Source of the DNA: the human T2T-CHM13v2.0 reference genome, Homo sapiens
Assembly (NCBI GenBank): GCA_009914755.4
Contig: CP068257.2
Coordinates: 2,368,001-2,432,000 of the forward strand
DNA: 64,000 nucleotides
Direction: 5' to 3'
Made by a program: the position numbers and the translations under genes
Part shown: positions 15,330 through 30,472 of the stretch, piece by piece
How positions within the stretch are numbered: position 1 is the stretch's first letter
Layout: the number at the start of each line of letters is the position of its first letter
The notes under the pieces: model-generated
Database searches by the model: none
Seen by the model: the letters and a program-made list of their open reading frames with translations, nothing else
Told to the model about the DNA's origin: nothing

Positions 15330-15598
15330 TCTTTTTTTGTGTGTGTGACAGGGTTTTACTCTGTGGCTCAGGCTGGAGTAATTGCAGCCTCAACCTCATG
15401 CTCGATCAAACCTCCACCTCAGACTCCTGACTAGCTGGGACTACAGGTGCATGCCACCATGTCCAGCTAATTCTTGTATTTTTTTTTTGTAGAGATGAGG
15501 TTTTGCCATGTTGCCTTGACGTCCTGGGCTCAAGCAATCCACACAACTTGGCCTCCCAAGTTGTTGGGATGACAGGTGTGAGCCACTGCACCTGGCCA
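15330..15598 (-). mobile_element. Alu inserted in Tigger1
   Basis: gggttttactctgtggctcaggctggagtaattgcagcctcaacctc...gtgtgagccactgcacctggcc. Confidence 0.85.
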
Positions 15599-16184
15599 AG
15601 TTTCAGTCTTCTTGCTGATGGAGAGACTTGCCTTAATGTAAGGTGGTGGTTGCTGAGCGTTGGGGTGGCTGTGGCAATTTCTTAAAATAAGACAACATTG
15701 AAGTTTGCTGTGTCAATTGACTCTCTGTTTCACAAAAGAATTATCTGTAGCATACGATGTTGTTTGATAGCTTTTTACCCACAGTAGAACTTTCAAAATT
15801 GGATTCAATCCTGTCAGACCTTCGTACTGCTGTACCAACTAAGTTTATGTATTATTGTAAATCACTGGGTTCAATCCTGTCAAGCCCTCCTTCTGCTGTA
15901 CCAACTAAGTTTATTCTAAATCTGTTGTCATCTCAACAATGTTTACACTGTCTTCACCACGAGTAGATTTCATCTCAAGAAACCACTTTCTTTGCTCATC
16001 CGTGGAAGCAACTCATCCACTCACGTTTTCTCCGGAGGCTGCTGCAGTCTCGCCACATCTTCAGGCTCTGTCTCTGTTTCTAGTGCTCTTGTTATTTCCA
16101 CCATATCTGCAGTTACTTCCTACAGAGAAGTCGTGAACCCCTCAGTGTCATCTGTGAGGGTTGGAATAATCTTCCCAACTTCTC

Positions 16185-16570
<386 letters not shown>

Positions 16571-17335
16571 TAGGTTTTCAATTATTTTGCCCAGATCTAT
16601 CAAAGGAATCACTTTCTAGAGAAGCTATAGCTTTATGAAATATATTTTTAAGTGATAAGACTTGAAAGTTGAAATTATTCTGTGATCCAAGGGCACTAGA
16701 ATGAATGTTGGGTTAGTAGGCATGAAAACAATATTCAGCTCTTTATACATCTCTGTAAATGCCCTTGAGTACCAGGGGCATTGTCAGTGAGCGGTAATAC
16801 TTTGAAAGTAATCTTATTTCTTGAGCAGTAGGTGTCAACAGTGGGCTTAAGATATTCAGTAAACCATATTTGTAAACCGATAGTCTGTCATCCAGGCTTT
16901 GTTCCCATTTGTAGAGTACAGGCAGAGCTGTGTTTTATCATAATTCTTCAGGGCCCTTGGATTTTCAGAATAGTAAATCATCATTGGTTTCAAGTTAACA
17001 TCACCAACTGCATTAGCCCTTAACAAAAGAGTCAGCATGTCCTTTGAAGCCTTAAAGCCAGGCATCAACTCCTCTCTAGCTGGGAACATCCTAGATGGCA
17101 TCTCCTTCTAGTAGAAGGCTGTTTTGTCTCCATTGCAAATCTGTTTAGTGTAGCCATCTTAATCAGTTATCTTCTAGATAGCTTTCTGCAGGTTTTCCAT
17201 CAGTACTCGCTGCTTTATCTTGCGCTTTTATGGAGATGACTTTTTTCCTTAAACCTCAAGAAACAAGCTCTTCTAGCTTCAGACTTTTCTTCTGCAGCTG
17301 CCTCACCTCTCTGAGTCTTCATAGAATTGAAGAGA

Positions 17336-17640
<305 letters not shown>

Positions 17641-18804
17641 AAAAAGAGAGGCTTAGGCTTAATGGAATTTTTTTTTCATCTTCTATCTAGACCAATTAAA
17701 CTTTCTTCATAACAGCAGCAAGACTGTTTAGCTTTTTATCATTCATGTGTTCACTGGAGTAGTACTTTAAATTTCTTTCCAGAACACTTCGTTTGCATTC
17801 ACAACTTGGCTAAGTGTTTGTTGCATGAGGTCTAGCTACTGGCCTGTCTTGCTTACAGCATGCCTTCCTCACTAAGCTTAATTATTTCTTCCTTTTGGTT
17901 TAAAGTGACAGACATGCAACTCTTCTTTCACTTGAACATATAGAGGCTATTGTAGGGTTATTAATTGGCCACATTTTAATATTAATAAAAAGAAGCCTGA
18001 GAAAAAGAGAGAGAAAGAGAAATGGCCCGTTGGTGGGGCAGTCAGAACAAACGCATTTGTCAATTGTTTGCGGTCTTATCCGGGTGTGATTTGTGGTTCC
18101 CAAAACAATGACAACAGTACCATTAAAGATCACTGATTACAGATCACCATAACAGATTCAATAATAAAAAGCTTAAAATACTGTGAGAATGCCGAAATGT
18201 GACACAGAGACGTGAAGTGAGCACATGCTCTAGGAACAATGGTGCCAGTGAGACCTGCTTATTGCAGGGTGGCCACAAACTTTCAATATGTAAAAAACAT
18301 GGTCACAAAACACAATAAAGCAAAGTGCAGTGAAACAAGATGTGTCTGTCTTTTGATAGGCTCTGACAATCTCTATCTTTGAATTGGTACATTCATACTA
18401 TTAACATTCAAAGTGATTATTGATATCATTGGATTAATATCTACTATATTTGTTACTGTTTTCTATTCATTCTCCTCAGTCTTCATTCTTTTGTCTACCA
18501 CTCTTTTTCTGCCTTTTGCAGTTTTCATTGATGATTTTAGATGACTACATTTTCCGTCTTTTTTAGCATGTACTTCTCTTTTTAAAATTTTTTTTAACTA
18601 TTTGCCACAGAATTTGCAATATACATTTACAACAAATTCAAGTCCACTTTCAAATAACACTATCCCACTATCCCACAAATAGGACTACCTGCTTAACAAA
18701 CAAAACACCTAATTCCTCAATATACATTTACAACCAATTCAAGTCCACTTTCAGATAACACTATCCCACTTCACGGGTGACTACCTGCTTAACAAAGAAA
18801 ACAC

Positions 18805-19125
18805 CTGATTCCTCCCTCCCATCCTTCCATTCCATTCCTTGTATTATTGTTCCTTATTTCCCTTGTGTATAAGCATACATAATCTATCTGTGTGTATTTA
18901 TTGTTATCTACAAACTTATTGGTCAGATCAATTATGAATAAATACATGTTTTTATTTTACCACAATTCCTCCCTCCCATCCTTCCATTGCATTCCTTGTA
19001 TTAGTGTTACTCATTTCACTTGTGTATAAGCATACATAATCTATCTGTGTGTATTTGTTATTGTCTGTGAACTTCTTGGTCAGATCAATTAAGAATAAAT
19101 ATATAGGTTTTTATTGTACCGCAAT
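18805..19125. repeat. about 160-bp tandem duplication x2 (plus partial copies at 18612-18805)
   Basis: cctccctcccatccttccattccattccttgtatta...gtgtataagcatacataatctatctgtgtgtattt...ggtcagatcaatta repeated. Confidence 0.8.
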
Positions 19126-19149
19126 TCTTTCTTTAATGATCTTTTTAAA

Positions 19150-20100
19150 AAATTGTTGATCCAAGTTTCAGTTAAATATCTTTTGTTTCCCTCTAAAGAA
19201 TTTCATTTAACATTTCTTGCAAGACAGGTCTCCTGGCAACAAGTTTCTTGAATTTTTATTTTTCTGAGGAAGGCCTTAATTCTCCTTCACTTTTGAAGGG
19301 TGGTTTCAGTGTGTACAGAAACTTAGGTTGGTGGGGTTTTTTCTGTCAATATTTTCAATTTTTCATTTCACTGTCTTCTTGCTTTCACAATTTCTGCAAT
19401 GTTGAATGCCGTTCTTATCTTTGTGTCTCTGTAGGTAAGGTGTTTTCTGCCCCACCTCTGGTTTCTTTCAGAGTTTTCCTTTATCTTTTACTTCATATAG
19501 TTTGAAAATTATATGTCCAAGTGTAGGTTGTTGGCATTTATTCTGCATGGTGTTCTCGGAGCTTCCTGGATTTTTGGTTTGGTGTCTGACATTAATACTG
19601 GAAGTTCTCAGACATGGTAGTTGCAGAACTTTCTTCTATTTCTTCTCCTCCTGGTATTCTCACTACTCTGTTTCACCTTTTGTAGTTGTCCCACAGTCTT
19701 GGATATCATCTTCTGTTCTTTTCAGTGTTTCTTTTCTTTAGTTTTTGAAGTTTCTGATGATAAATCCTCAAGCTCAGAGACTCTTTACTCAGCTGAGTCC
19801 AGTCTACTAATAAGCCATCAGAGGTATTCTTCAGTTATTTACCACATTTTTTATCACTACATTATGTTGAAGGTTCTTACGATGTCTGTCTTTCTGATTA
19901 CATTACCCATCTACACTTGAATGCTGTCTACTTCATTCATTAGAGCCCTTAACATATTCTCCAGAGGTTTAAAAAAAATCCAAAATCATATTTTTGTCTG
20001 CTTCTGAAGCTTGCTCTGTTGACACAAATTGTATTTTTTTCTTTTTTTGGACTTTAGTATGCCTTGCAATTTGTTCCCTTTATTCTCATGCATGAAGTAC
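19150..20100 (-). mobile_element. old L1 5' portion (ORF2 start / ORF1 / proximal 5' region antisense), paralog-A copy
   Basis: antisense L1 ORF1-region likeness (cccacagtcttggatatcatcttctgttcttttcagtgtttc...); about 80% identical to 43390-44100. Confidence 0.6.
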
Positions 20101-20159
20101 CCACGAAAAGTGACTGCTGTTAGTATAGCTTCAGTAATGTGGTGATGAGGTGACAGGGC

Positions 20160-20300
20160 AGCTGATGCTCTCTTAGTCTCTTTAGGCTACTATAACAAAA
20201 TACTTTAGACTGAGTAATTCATAAACAACAGAGATTATTGCTCACAGATCTGGAGGCTGGAAAGTCCAAGACTAAAGGGCCAGGATATTTGGTGTTTGGT
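20160..20300 (-). mobile_element. MaLR/ERVL-type LTR fragment (3' part only), paralog-A copy; its terminus is replaced by the satellite array
   Basis: ctcttagtctctttaggctactataacaaaatactttagactgagtaattcataaacaacagagattattgctcacagatctggaggctggaaagtccaagactaaaggg is the reverse complement of the common LTR end ...tccagaactgtgagaaataaatttctgttgtttataagccacccagtctatggtattttgttatagcag...gactaagaca. Confidence 0.6.
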
Positions 20301-23300
20301 GAAGGTCAAACATTCAGACACTTGCAACGACTATAGTGACAGCAGCAGTCTTCAGAAATCCTATGTGAGGGACAAACACTCAGAAGCCAGCTGGAGTGTT
20401 CTAGAATCCTATGTGAGGGAAAAACATTCAGACCCCAGCAGTAGTGTTGTGGAATCCTATGTGAGGGAAGAACATTCAAACCCTCGTAGCAGTGTTCTGG
20501 AATCCTATGTGAGGGAAAAAAATTCAGAACCTCGTAGCAGTGTTCTGGAATCCTATGTGAGGGAAAAAAATTCAGAACCTCGTAGCAGTGTTCTGGAATC
20601 CTATGTGAGGAACAATCAGACCACATCAGGAATGTTCTGGAATCCTATGTGAGGGACAAACATTCAGAGTACAGCAGGAGTGTTCTGGAATCCTATGTGT
20701 GGGACAAACATTCAGACCACAGCAGGAGTGCTCTGCAATCCTATGTGAGGGACAAACATTTCAAAACCTCGTAGCAGTGTGCTGGAATGTTATGTCAGGG
20801 ACAGACATTTAGACCCTCACAGCAGTGTTCTGGAATCCCATCTGCGGGACAAACATTCAGACACTCGCAGCAGTGTTCTGGAATTCTATGTGAGGGACAG
20901 ACATTCAAACCCCAACAGCAGTGTTCTGGAATCCTATGTGAGGGACAAACTTTCAGACCCTCGTAGCAGTGTTCTGGAATCCTATCTGAGGGACAAACAT
21001 TCAGACCCTCATAGCACTGTACTGGAATACTATGTGAGGGACAAACATTCAGACCATGGCAGTTCCGAAATGCTATGTGAAGGACAAACATTCAGACCTT
21101 CGTAGCAGTGTTCTGGAATCCTATGTGAGGGACAAGCATTCAGAACCTCGTAGCAGTGTCCTGGAATCTTATGTGAGGGAGAGACATTTAGACCCTCGCA
21201 GCTGTGTTCTGGTATCCCATGTGAGAGACAAACATTCAGACCCTCCCAGCCGTGTTCTGGAATTCTATGTGAGGGAAAGACATTCAAACCCCAGCAGCAG
21301 TGTTCTGGAATCCGATTTGAGGGGCAGACATTCAGACCACAGCAGCAGTGTTCTGGAATCCTATGTGAGGGACAAACATTCAGACCCCAGCAGCAGTGTT
21401 CTGGAATCCTATGTGAAGGAAAAATATTAAGATCCTCGTAGCAGTGTCCTGGAATCATATGGAAGGGACAACCATTCAGACACCAGCAGAAGTCTTCTGG
21501 AATCCTAGGTGTGGGAAAAACATTCAGAACCTAGTAGCAGTGTTCTGGAATCCTATGTGAGGGACATACATTCAGACCACGGCAGCAGTGTTCTGGAATG
21601 GTATGTGAAGGACAAACATTCAGACCCTTGTAGCAGTGTTCCGGAATCCTATGTGAGGGACAAACATTCAGACCACGGCAGCAGTGTTCCGGAATCCTGT
21701 ATGACGGACCAACATTCAGACCCTTGCAACAGTGTTCTGGAATACTAGGTGAGGGAGAATTATTTATACCCTCGTAGCAGTGTTCTGTAATCCTATGTGA
21801 GGGACAAACATTCAGACCCCAGGAGCAGTGCTCTGACATCCTAAGTTAAGGGAAACATTGAGACCCCAGCACGAATGTTCTGGAATCCTATGTGAGGGAC
21901 AAACATTCAGACCACGGCAGGAGTGTTCTGGAATCCTATGTAAGGAACAAACATTCAGACCTCAGCAGGAGTGTTCTGGTATCCTATATGAGGGATAAGC
22001 ATTTAGACCCTCGTAGCAGTGTTCTGGAATCCTATGTGAGGGAGAAGCATTCAGAGCACAGCAGGAGTGCTCTGGAATCCCATGTTAGGGACAAACATTC
22101 AGAACCTGGTACCATTGTGCTGGAAACCTATGTGAGGGACAGACATTTAGACCCTCGCAGCAGTGTTCTGGAATCCCATGTGAGGGACAAACATTCAGAT
22201 CCTCGCAGCAGTGTTCTGGAATACTATGTGAGTGACAAACATTCAGACTCCAGCAGCAGTGCTCTGTATTCCTATGTGAAGGACAAACATTCAGAACCCA
22301 GGAGCAGTGTTTTGAAATCATATGTTAAGGGCAAACATACAGACCCTAGCATCAATGTTCTAGAATCCTATGTGAGGGACATACATTCAGACCCTTGCAG
22401 CAGTGTTCTGGAATCCCAGATGGGGGACAAACATTCAGACAATGGCAGCAGTGTTCTGGAATCCTATGTGAGGCACAAACACTCAGAGCCTCGTAGTGGT
22501 GTTCTGGAATCCTATGTGAGGAACAAACAATCAGACCACAGCAAGAGTGTTCTGGAATCCTTTGTTAGGGACAAACATTCAGATCACAGCAGCAGAGTTC
22601 TGGAATCCTATGTGAAGGACAAACATTCAGACCCTCGTAGCAATGTTCTGGAATCCTAAGTGAGGGACAAACTTTCAGACAACAGCAAGAGTGTTCTGGA
22701 ATCCAATGTGAGGGACAAACATTCAGACCCTCATAGTAATTTTCTGGAACCCTAAGTGAGGGACAAACATTCAGAATTTCATAGCAGTGTTCTGGAATCC
22801 TACATGAGGGATAAACATTCAGACCACAGCAGGAGTGTTCTGGAATCCTATGTGAGGGACAAAAATTCAGATGCCAGCATAAGTCTTCTGGAATCCTATG
22901 TGAGGGACAAACATTCAGACCCTCATAGCAGTGTTCTGGAATCCTGTGTGAGGGACAAACATTCAGACCACAGCAGGAGTGTTCTGGAATCCTGCGTGAG
23001 GGACAAACATTCAGACCCTTGTGGCAGTGTTCTGGAATCCTATGTGAGAGACAAACATTCAGACCCTCATAACAGTTTTCTGAAATCCTACTTGAGAGAC
23101 AAACATTCCCACCACAGCAGGAGTGTTCTCGAATCCTATGTGAGGGCAAACATTCAAACCACAGCAGGAGTGTTCTGGAATGCTATGTGAGGGACAAACA
23201 TTCAGACACTCGCAGCAGGCTTCTGGAATCCTACGTGAGGGACAAATATTTAGACAATGGCAGCAGTGTTCTGGAATCCTATGTGGGGGACAAACATTCA

Positions 23301-26300
23301 GAGCCTTGTAGTGTTGTGGAATCCTATGTGAGGGACAGACATTTAGACCACAGCAGCAGTGTTCTGGAATCCCATGTGAGAGACAAACATTCAGACCCCG
23401 AACAGAAGTGTTCTGGAATCCTATGTGAGGGACAAACATTTAGACCCTCTTTGCAGTGTTCTGGAATCCTATGTGAGGGACAAACATTCAGACGCCAGCA
23501 GCAGTGTTTTGGAGTCGTATGTGATGGACAAACATTCAGACCCTTGTAGCTTCTTCTGGAATCCTACGTGAGACACAAACACTCAGAACCCAGCAACAGT
23601 GTTCTGGAATCCTATGTGAAGGACAAGCATTCAGACCCTCGTAGCAGTGTACTGTAATCCTATGTGAGGGACAAACATTCAGACCATAGCAAGATTGTTC
23701 TGGAATCCTATGTGAGGAACAAATATTCAGACCAGGACAGCAGTGTTTTGTAATCCTGTCTGAAGGACAAACATTGAGACCCTTGTAGCTGTTTTCTGGA
23801 ATCTTATGTGAGGAACAAACACTCAGACCATAGCAGGAGTGTTCTGGAATCCTGTGTGAGGGAGAAATATTCAGACCACTGCATGAGTGTTCTGGAATTC
23901 AATTTGAGGGACAAACATGCAGACCCTCGTAGGAGTGTTCTGAAATCCTATGTGATGAACAAACATTCAGACCACAGCAAGAGTGTTCTGGAATCCTATG
24001 CGAGGTACAAACATTCAGACCACAACAGGAGTGTCCTGGAATCCCATGTGAGGTGCAAACATTCAGACCCTCATAGCAGTGTTCTTGAATGCTATGTGAG
24101 GGACAAAATTTCACAGCACAGCAGGAGTGTTCTGGAGTCCTATGTGATGGACAAACATTCAGAACACAGCAGGAGTGTTCTGAAATACTATGTGAGGGAC
24201 AAATATTCAGACCACAGAAGGAGTGTTCTGGAATCCTTTGTGAAGGACAAACGTTCAGACCCTTGTAGCAGTGTTCAGGAATCCTATGTGAGGGACAAAC
24301 ATTGAGACCCCAGTAGGAGTGTTCTGGAGTCCCATGTGAGGGACAAAGATTCAGACTTTCGTAGCAGTGTTTTGAAATCCTATGTGAGGGACAAACGTTC
24401 AGACCACAGCAAGGGGGCTCTGGAATCCTATGTGAGGGACAAACATTCAGAACTTCATAGCCGTGTGCTGGAATTTTATGTGAGGGAGAGATATTTAGAC
24501 CCTTGGAGCAGTGTTCTGGAATCCCATAGGAGAGACATACATTCAGACCCTCCCAGCAGTGTTCTGGAATTCTATGTGAGGGACAGACATTCAAACCCCA
24601 GCAGCAGTGTTCTGGAATGTGATGTGAGGTACAAACATTCAGACACCAGCAGAAGTGTGCTGGAATACTATGTGAGGGAGAAACACTCAGACCCTCGTAG
24701 CAGTGTTGTGGAATCCTATGTGAAGGACAAGCATTCATACCCTCGTAGCAGTGTCCTGGAATCATATGTGAGGGATAAACTTTGAGAATCCAGCAGAGGT
24801 GTTCTGGAATCCTAGATGTGGGACAAACATTCAGACCCTCATAGCAGTGTTCTGGAATCCTATGCGAGGGAGAAACTTTCAGACCACGGCATGGAAGCAG
24901 AGGTGTTCTGGAATCCTAGGTGTGGGACAAACATTCAGACCCTCATAGCAGTGTTCTGGAATGCTATGTGAGGGAGAAACTTTCAGACCACGGCAGCAGT
25001 GTTCTGGAATGCTACATGAAGGACAAACATCCTGACCCTCCTAACAGTGTTATGCAATCCTATGTGAGGGACAGACATTTAGACCCTCGCAGCTGTGTTC
25101 TGGAGTCCTATGGGAGGGACAAACATTCAGACCCTTGCAGCAGTTTTCTGGAATCCTTTGTGAGGGAGAGACATTCAGACCCTCATAGTGGTGTTCTGGA
25201 ATCCTGTGTGACAGACAAACATTCAGAACCTGGTATCAGCGTTCTTCCATCCTATATCAGGGACATACATACCCCAGCCACAGTGTTCTGGAATCCTATG
25301 TGACAGACAAACATACAAACAACAGCAGGAGTGTTCTGGAATCCTATGTGAGGAACAAACATTTAGACCCTCGTAGCAGTGTTCTGGAATCCTATGTCAG
25401 GGACCAACATTCAGACCCTAGAAGCAGTGTTCTGGAGTGTTATGAGACAGAAAAGCATTCAGACCCTCATAGCAGTGTTCTGGAATTCTATGTCAGGGAT
25501 ATTCAGACCACAGCAGAAATGTTCTGGAATCCTATGTGAGGCACAAACCTTCAGACCACAGCAGGCGTTTTCTGGAATCATATGTGAGGGACATTCAGAC
25601 CATCACAAGAGTGTTCTGGAATCCTATGTGAAGGGCAAACATTCAGACTCCAGCAGCATTGTTCTTCAATGCTATCTGAGGGAGAAACTTTCAGACAACA
25701 GCAGGAGTGTTCTGGAGTCCTATGTGAGGGACAAACTTTCAGAACACAGCAGGAGTGTTCTGAAATCCTATGTGAGGGACAAACATTCAGACCACAGCAG
25801 GAGTGTTCTGGAATCCGTTGTGAAGGAGAAATATTCAGACCCTTGTAGCAGTTCTCTGGAATCCTATTTGAGGGACAAATATTCAGAACACAGTAGAAGT
25901 ATTCTGAAATCCTATGTGAGGGACAAACATTCAAACGACAGCAGGAGTGCTCTGGAGTCCTATGTGAGTGTCAAACATTCAGACAACAGCAGGAGTGTTC
26001 TGGAATCCTATGTGAAGAACAAGCATTCAGACCCCAGCAGCAGTGTTCTGGAACCCTATGTGAGGGAAAAGCATCCGTATCCTCGTAGGGGTGTTCTAGA
26101 ATCCTATGTGAGGGAAAAAAAACTCAGAATCCAGGAGCAGTGCTCTGGAATCCTATGTGAGGGACAAACATTCAGTCCACAGCAGCAGTGTTCTGGACTG
26201 CTATGTGAGGGGCCAACATTCAGACCATAGCAGGAGAGTTCTGGAGTCCTATGTGAGGGATAAACATTTAGACCACAGCAGGAGTGTAACAGAACCCTAC

Positions 26301-28005
26301 ATGAGGGACAAACATTCAGACCACGGCAAGATTGTTCTGGAATGCTCTCTGAGGGCCAAACATTGAGACCTCAGCAGCAGTGTTCTGGAATCCTATGTGA
26401 TGGACAAACATTCAGCTCACAGCAGGATTGTTCTGAAATCCTATGTGAGGGACAGACATTTGGACCCCATCAGCAGTGTTCTGGAATCCTATTTGAGGGA
26501 CAAACACTCAGAACCCAGCAGCAGTATTCTGGAATCCTAAGTGAGGGACAAATATTCAGACCCTCTTAGCAGTGTTCTGGAATCCTATGTGAATGACAAA
26601 CGCTCAGAATCCAGCACCACTGTTCTGAAATCATATGTGAAGGACAAACCTTCAGACCAGAGCAGTAGTGCTGTGGAATTTTATGTTAGAGACAAACATT
26701 CAGACTCCAGCAGCAGTGTTCTTGAATGCTATCTGAGGGACAAACATTCTAACCACAGCAGGAGTGCTATGGAGACGTATGTGAGGGACAAAAATTCAGA
26801 ACACAGCAGGAGTGTTCTGGAATCCTATTTGAGGGAAAATCTTTCATACCCTCATAGCAGTGTTCTGGAATCCTATTTGAGGGAAAAAAAACTCAGAATC
26901 TAGGAGCAGTGTTCTGGAATCCTATGTGAGGGAAAAACATTCAGTCCGCAGCAGCAGTCTTCTGGAATGCTATGTGAGGGACAAACATTCAGATCATAGC
27001 AGAATTGTTCTGGAATCCTATGGGAGGGACAAATATTCACTCCACAGCAGGAGTGTTCTGGAGTCCTATGTGAGGGACAAACATTCAGACCCTTGTAACC
27101 GTGTTCTGGAATTCTATGTGAGGGACATTCAGACCCCAGCAGCAGTGTTCTTGAATGCCATGTGAGGGACAAACACTCAGACTCGAGCAGCAGTTTTCTG
27201 GAATCTTATTTCAGGATCAAATATTCGGACCCTCCTAGCAGTGTTCTGGAATCCTATGTGAGGGACAAACCCTCAGAACCCAGCAGCAGTGTTCTGGAAT
27301 CCTATGTGAGGGAGAAACATTCAGACAACAGCAGGAGTGTTGTGGAATCGTATGTGAGGAACAAGCATTTAGACCACAGTAGGAGTGTTCAGGAATCCTG
27401 TGTGAGGGACAAACATTCAGACCCTCATAACAGTGTTCTAGAAGCCCATGTGAGGGACAGACACTCAACCTAGCAGCAGTGTTCTGGAATCCTATGTGAG
27501 GGACAAACATTCAGACCACAGCAGGAGTGTTCTGGAAACCTGTGTGAGGGACAAACATTCAGACCACAGCAGGAGTGTTCTCCAATCCTATTTGATGGAC
27601 ATTCACACCCCAGCAGCAGTGTTCTGGAATCCTATGTGAGGGACAAACCTTCAGACCCCAACAGCAGTGTTCTGAAATCCTATGTGAGGGACAAACATTC
27701 AGAGCATTGTAGCCATGTTCTGGAACCCTATGTGAGGGACCAACACTGAGATCCCAACAGCAGTGTTCTGGAATCCTATGTGAGGGGCAAGCATTCAGAC
27801 CACAGCAGGAGTGTTGTGTTATCCTATGTGAGGGACAAACATTCAGACCACAGCAGGAGTGTTCTGGAATCCTTTGTGTAGGACGAACATTCAGACCCTT
27901 GTAGCAGTGTTCTGTAATCCTATGTGAGGGACAAACATTCAGACCCTCGTAGCAGTGTTCTGGAATCCTATGTGAGGGACAAGGATTCAGACAAGGACAA
28001 GGATT
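20300..28005. repeat. 48-bp tandem satellite, block 1 (about 160 monomers)
   Basis: monomer gttctggaatcctatgtgagggacaaacattcagacc(ac/ct)(ag/cg)(c/t)agcag(g/c)agt counted as 48 nt; peptide period of 16 aa in the ORF track (SSVLESYVRDKHSDPR); recurrent 44-bp variants lack aaac (gggacattcagacc) at about 25497, 25590, 27121 and 27598. Confidence 0.95.
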
Positions 28006-28492
28006 CTCTTGATTGGAATAGTTTCAGAAGGAATAGTACCAGCTCATCCTTGTACCTTTGGTAGAATTCGGCTGTGGATTACGTCTTGTCCTGGACTTTT
28101 TATGGTTAGTATGCTATTATTGTCTCAATTTCAGAGCCTGTTATTTGTCTATTAAGAGATTCAACTTCTTCCTGGTTTAGTCTTGGGAGGGCTTATGTGT
28201 TGAGGAATTTATCCATTTCTTCTAGATTTTCTAGTTTATTTGCATAGAGGTGTTTACAGTATTCTCTGATGGTAGTTTGTATTTCTGTGGGATCAGTGGT
28301 GTTATCCCCTTTATCATTTTTTATTGCATCTATTTGATTCTTCTCTCTTTTCTTCTTTATTAGTCTTGCTAGCGGTCTGTCAATTTTGTTGATCTTTTTA
28401 AAAAACCAGCCCCTGAATTCATTGATTTTTTGAAGGGATTTTTGTGTCTCTATCTCCTTCAATTGTGCTCTGATCTTAGTTATTTCTTGGAA
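28006..28492 (-). mobile_element. L1 (L1PA-like) inverted 5' segment from twin priming; ORF2 roughly aa 180-330 in antisense
   Basis: minus ORF 28193-28462 [89 protein letters not shown] matches L1 ORF2 between the EN and RT domains. Confidence 0.9.
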
Positions 28493-30472
28493 GTCAAATT
28501 GTCCCTGTTTGCAGATGACATGTTTGTGTATCTAGAAAACGCCATCATCTCAGCCCAAAATCTCCTTAAGCTGGTAAGCAACTTCAGTGAGGTCTCAGGA
28601 TACAAAATCCATGTGCAAATATCACAAGCATTCTTATACAGCAATAACAGGCAAACAGAGAGCCAAATCATGAGTGAATTCCCATTCACAATTGTTTCAA
28701 AGAGAATAAATTACCTAGGAATCCAACTTACAAGGGATGTGAAGGACCTCTTCAAGGAGAACTATGAACCACTGCTCAACAAAATAAAAGAGGACACAAA
28801 TCAATGGAAGAACATTCCATGCTCATGGGTAGGAAGAATCAATATCGTGAAAATGGCCATTCTGCCCAAGGTAATTTATAGATTCAATACCATCCCCATC
28901 AAGCTAACAATGATTTTCTTCACAGAATTGGAAAAAACTAAAGTTCATATGGAACCAAAAAAGAGCCCACATGGCCAAGTCAATCCTAAGCTAAAAGAAC
29001 AAAGCTGGAGGCATCACGCTACCTGACTTCAAACTGTACTACAAGGCTACAATAACCAAAGCAGCATGGTACTGGTGCCAAAGCAGATATATAGATCAAT
29101 GGAACAGAACAGAGCCCTCAGAAATAATACCACACATCTACAACTATCTGATCTTTGACAAACCTGACAAAAGAAATCGGGAAAGGATTCCCTATTTAAC
29201 AAATTGTGCTGGGAAAACTGGCTGGCCATATGTAGAAAGCTGAAACTGGATCCCTTCCTTTCAACTTATACAAAAATTAATTCAAGACGTATTAAAGATT
29301 TAAATGTTAGACCTAAAACCATGAAAACCCTAGAAGAAAACGTAGGCAATACCATTCAGGACATAGGCATGGGCAAAGACTTCATGTCTTAAACATCAAA
29401 AGCAATGCCAACAAAAGCCAAAATTGACAAATGGGATATAATTAAACTAAAGAGCTTCTGTGAAGCAAAAGACATACCAGTGAACAGGCAACCTACAGAA
29501 TGGGAGAAAATTTTTGCAGTCATCTGACAAAGGGATAATATCCAAAATCTACAATTAACTCAAACAAATGTACAAGAAAAAACCCCATCAACAAGTGGGC
29601 GAAGGATATGAACAGACACTTCTCAAAAGAAGACATTTATGCAGCCAACAGACACATGAAAAATGGTCATCGTCACTCGCCATCAGAAAAATGCAAATCA
29701 AAATCACAATGAGATATCATCTCACACTAGTTAGAATGGCGATCATTTAAAAGTCAGGAAACAACAGATGCTAGAGAGTATATGGAGAAACAGGAACACT
29801 TTTACACTGTTAGTGGGATTGTAAAGTAGTTCAACGATTGTGGAAGACAGTGTGGTGATTCCTCAGGGATCTAGAACTAGAAATACCATTTGACCCAGGC
29901 TTCCAATTACTGGATATATACCCAATGGAATATAAGTCATGCTGCTATAAAGACACATGCACACGTATGTTTATTGCGACGCTACTCACAATAGCAAAGA
30001 CTTGGAACCAACCGAAATGTCCAAATGTCCAACAACGATAGACTGGATTAAGAAAATGTGGCACATATACGCCATGGAATACTATGCAACCATAAAAAAT
30101 GATGAGTTCATGTCCTTTGTAGGGACATGGATGAAGCTGGAAATCATCATTCTCAGCAAACTATCACGAGGACAAAAAAACCAAACACCACATGTTCTCA
30201 CTCATAGGTGGGAATTGAACAATGAGAACACGTAGACACAGGAAGGGGAACATCACACACCATGGCCTGTTGTGGGGTGGGGGGAGGGGGGATAGCATTA
30301 GGAGATATACCTTATGTAAATGACGAGTTACTGAGTGCAGCACACCAACATGGCACATGTATGCAAACATAACAAACCTGCACGTTGTGCACATGTATCC
30401 AAGAACTTAAAGTATAATAAAAAATATGTATATAAATAATTCAATACAGAAATATAATTAAAAAAGAAAGAA
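28493..30472 (+). mobile_element. L1 (L1PA-like) direct segment: ORF2 from about aa 690 to the end, plus 3' UTR and A-rich tail
   Basis: plus ORFs [49 protein letters not shown]...[25 protein letters not shown] and ...DWIKKMWHIYAMEYYATIKNDEFMSFVGTWMKLEIIILSKLSRGQKNQTPHVLTHRWELNNENT; 3' UTR ...cacgttgtgcacatgtatccaagaacttaaagtataataaaaaat. Confidence 0.9.

Noticed and set aside
20296-27510. Dozens of long ORFs on both strands (up to 288 aa) tiled across the 48-bp satellite
   Set aside because: A 48-nt period keeps any stop-free frame open indefinitely. Both strands and multiple frames are open, and the peptides are the 16-aa repeat SSVLESYVRDKHSDPR or its complement. This is a periodicity artifact, not coding.
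28430-30235. ORFs of 198 aa and 92 aa looking like reverse-transcriptase fragments
   Set aside because: They are truncated pieces of L1 ORF2 within the twin-primed L1, not an intact or domesticated gene.
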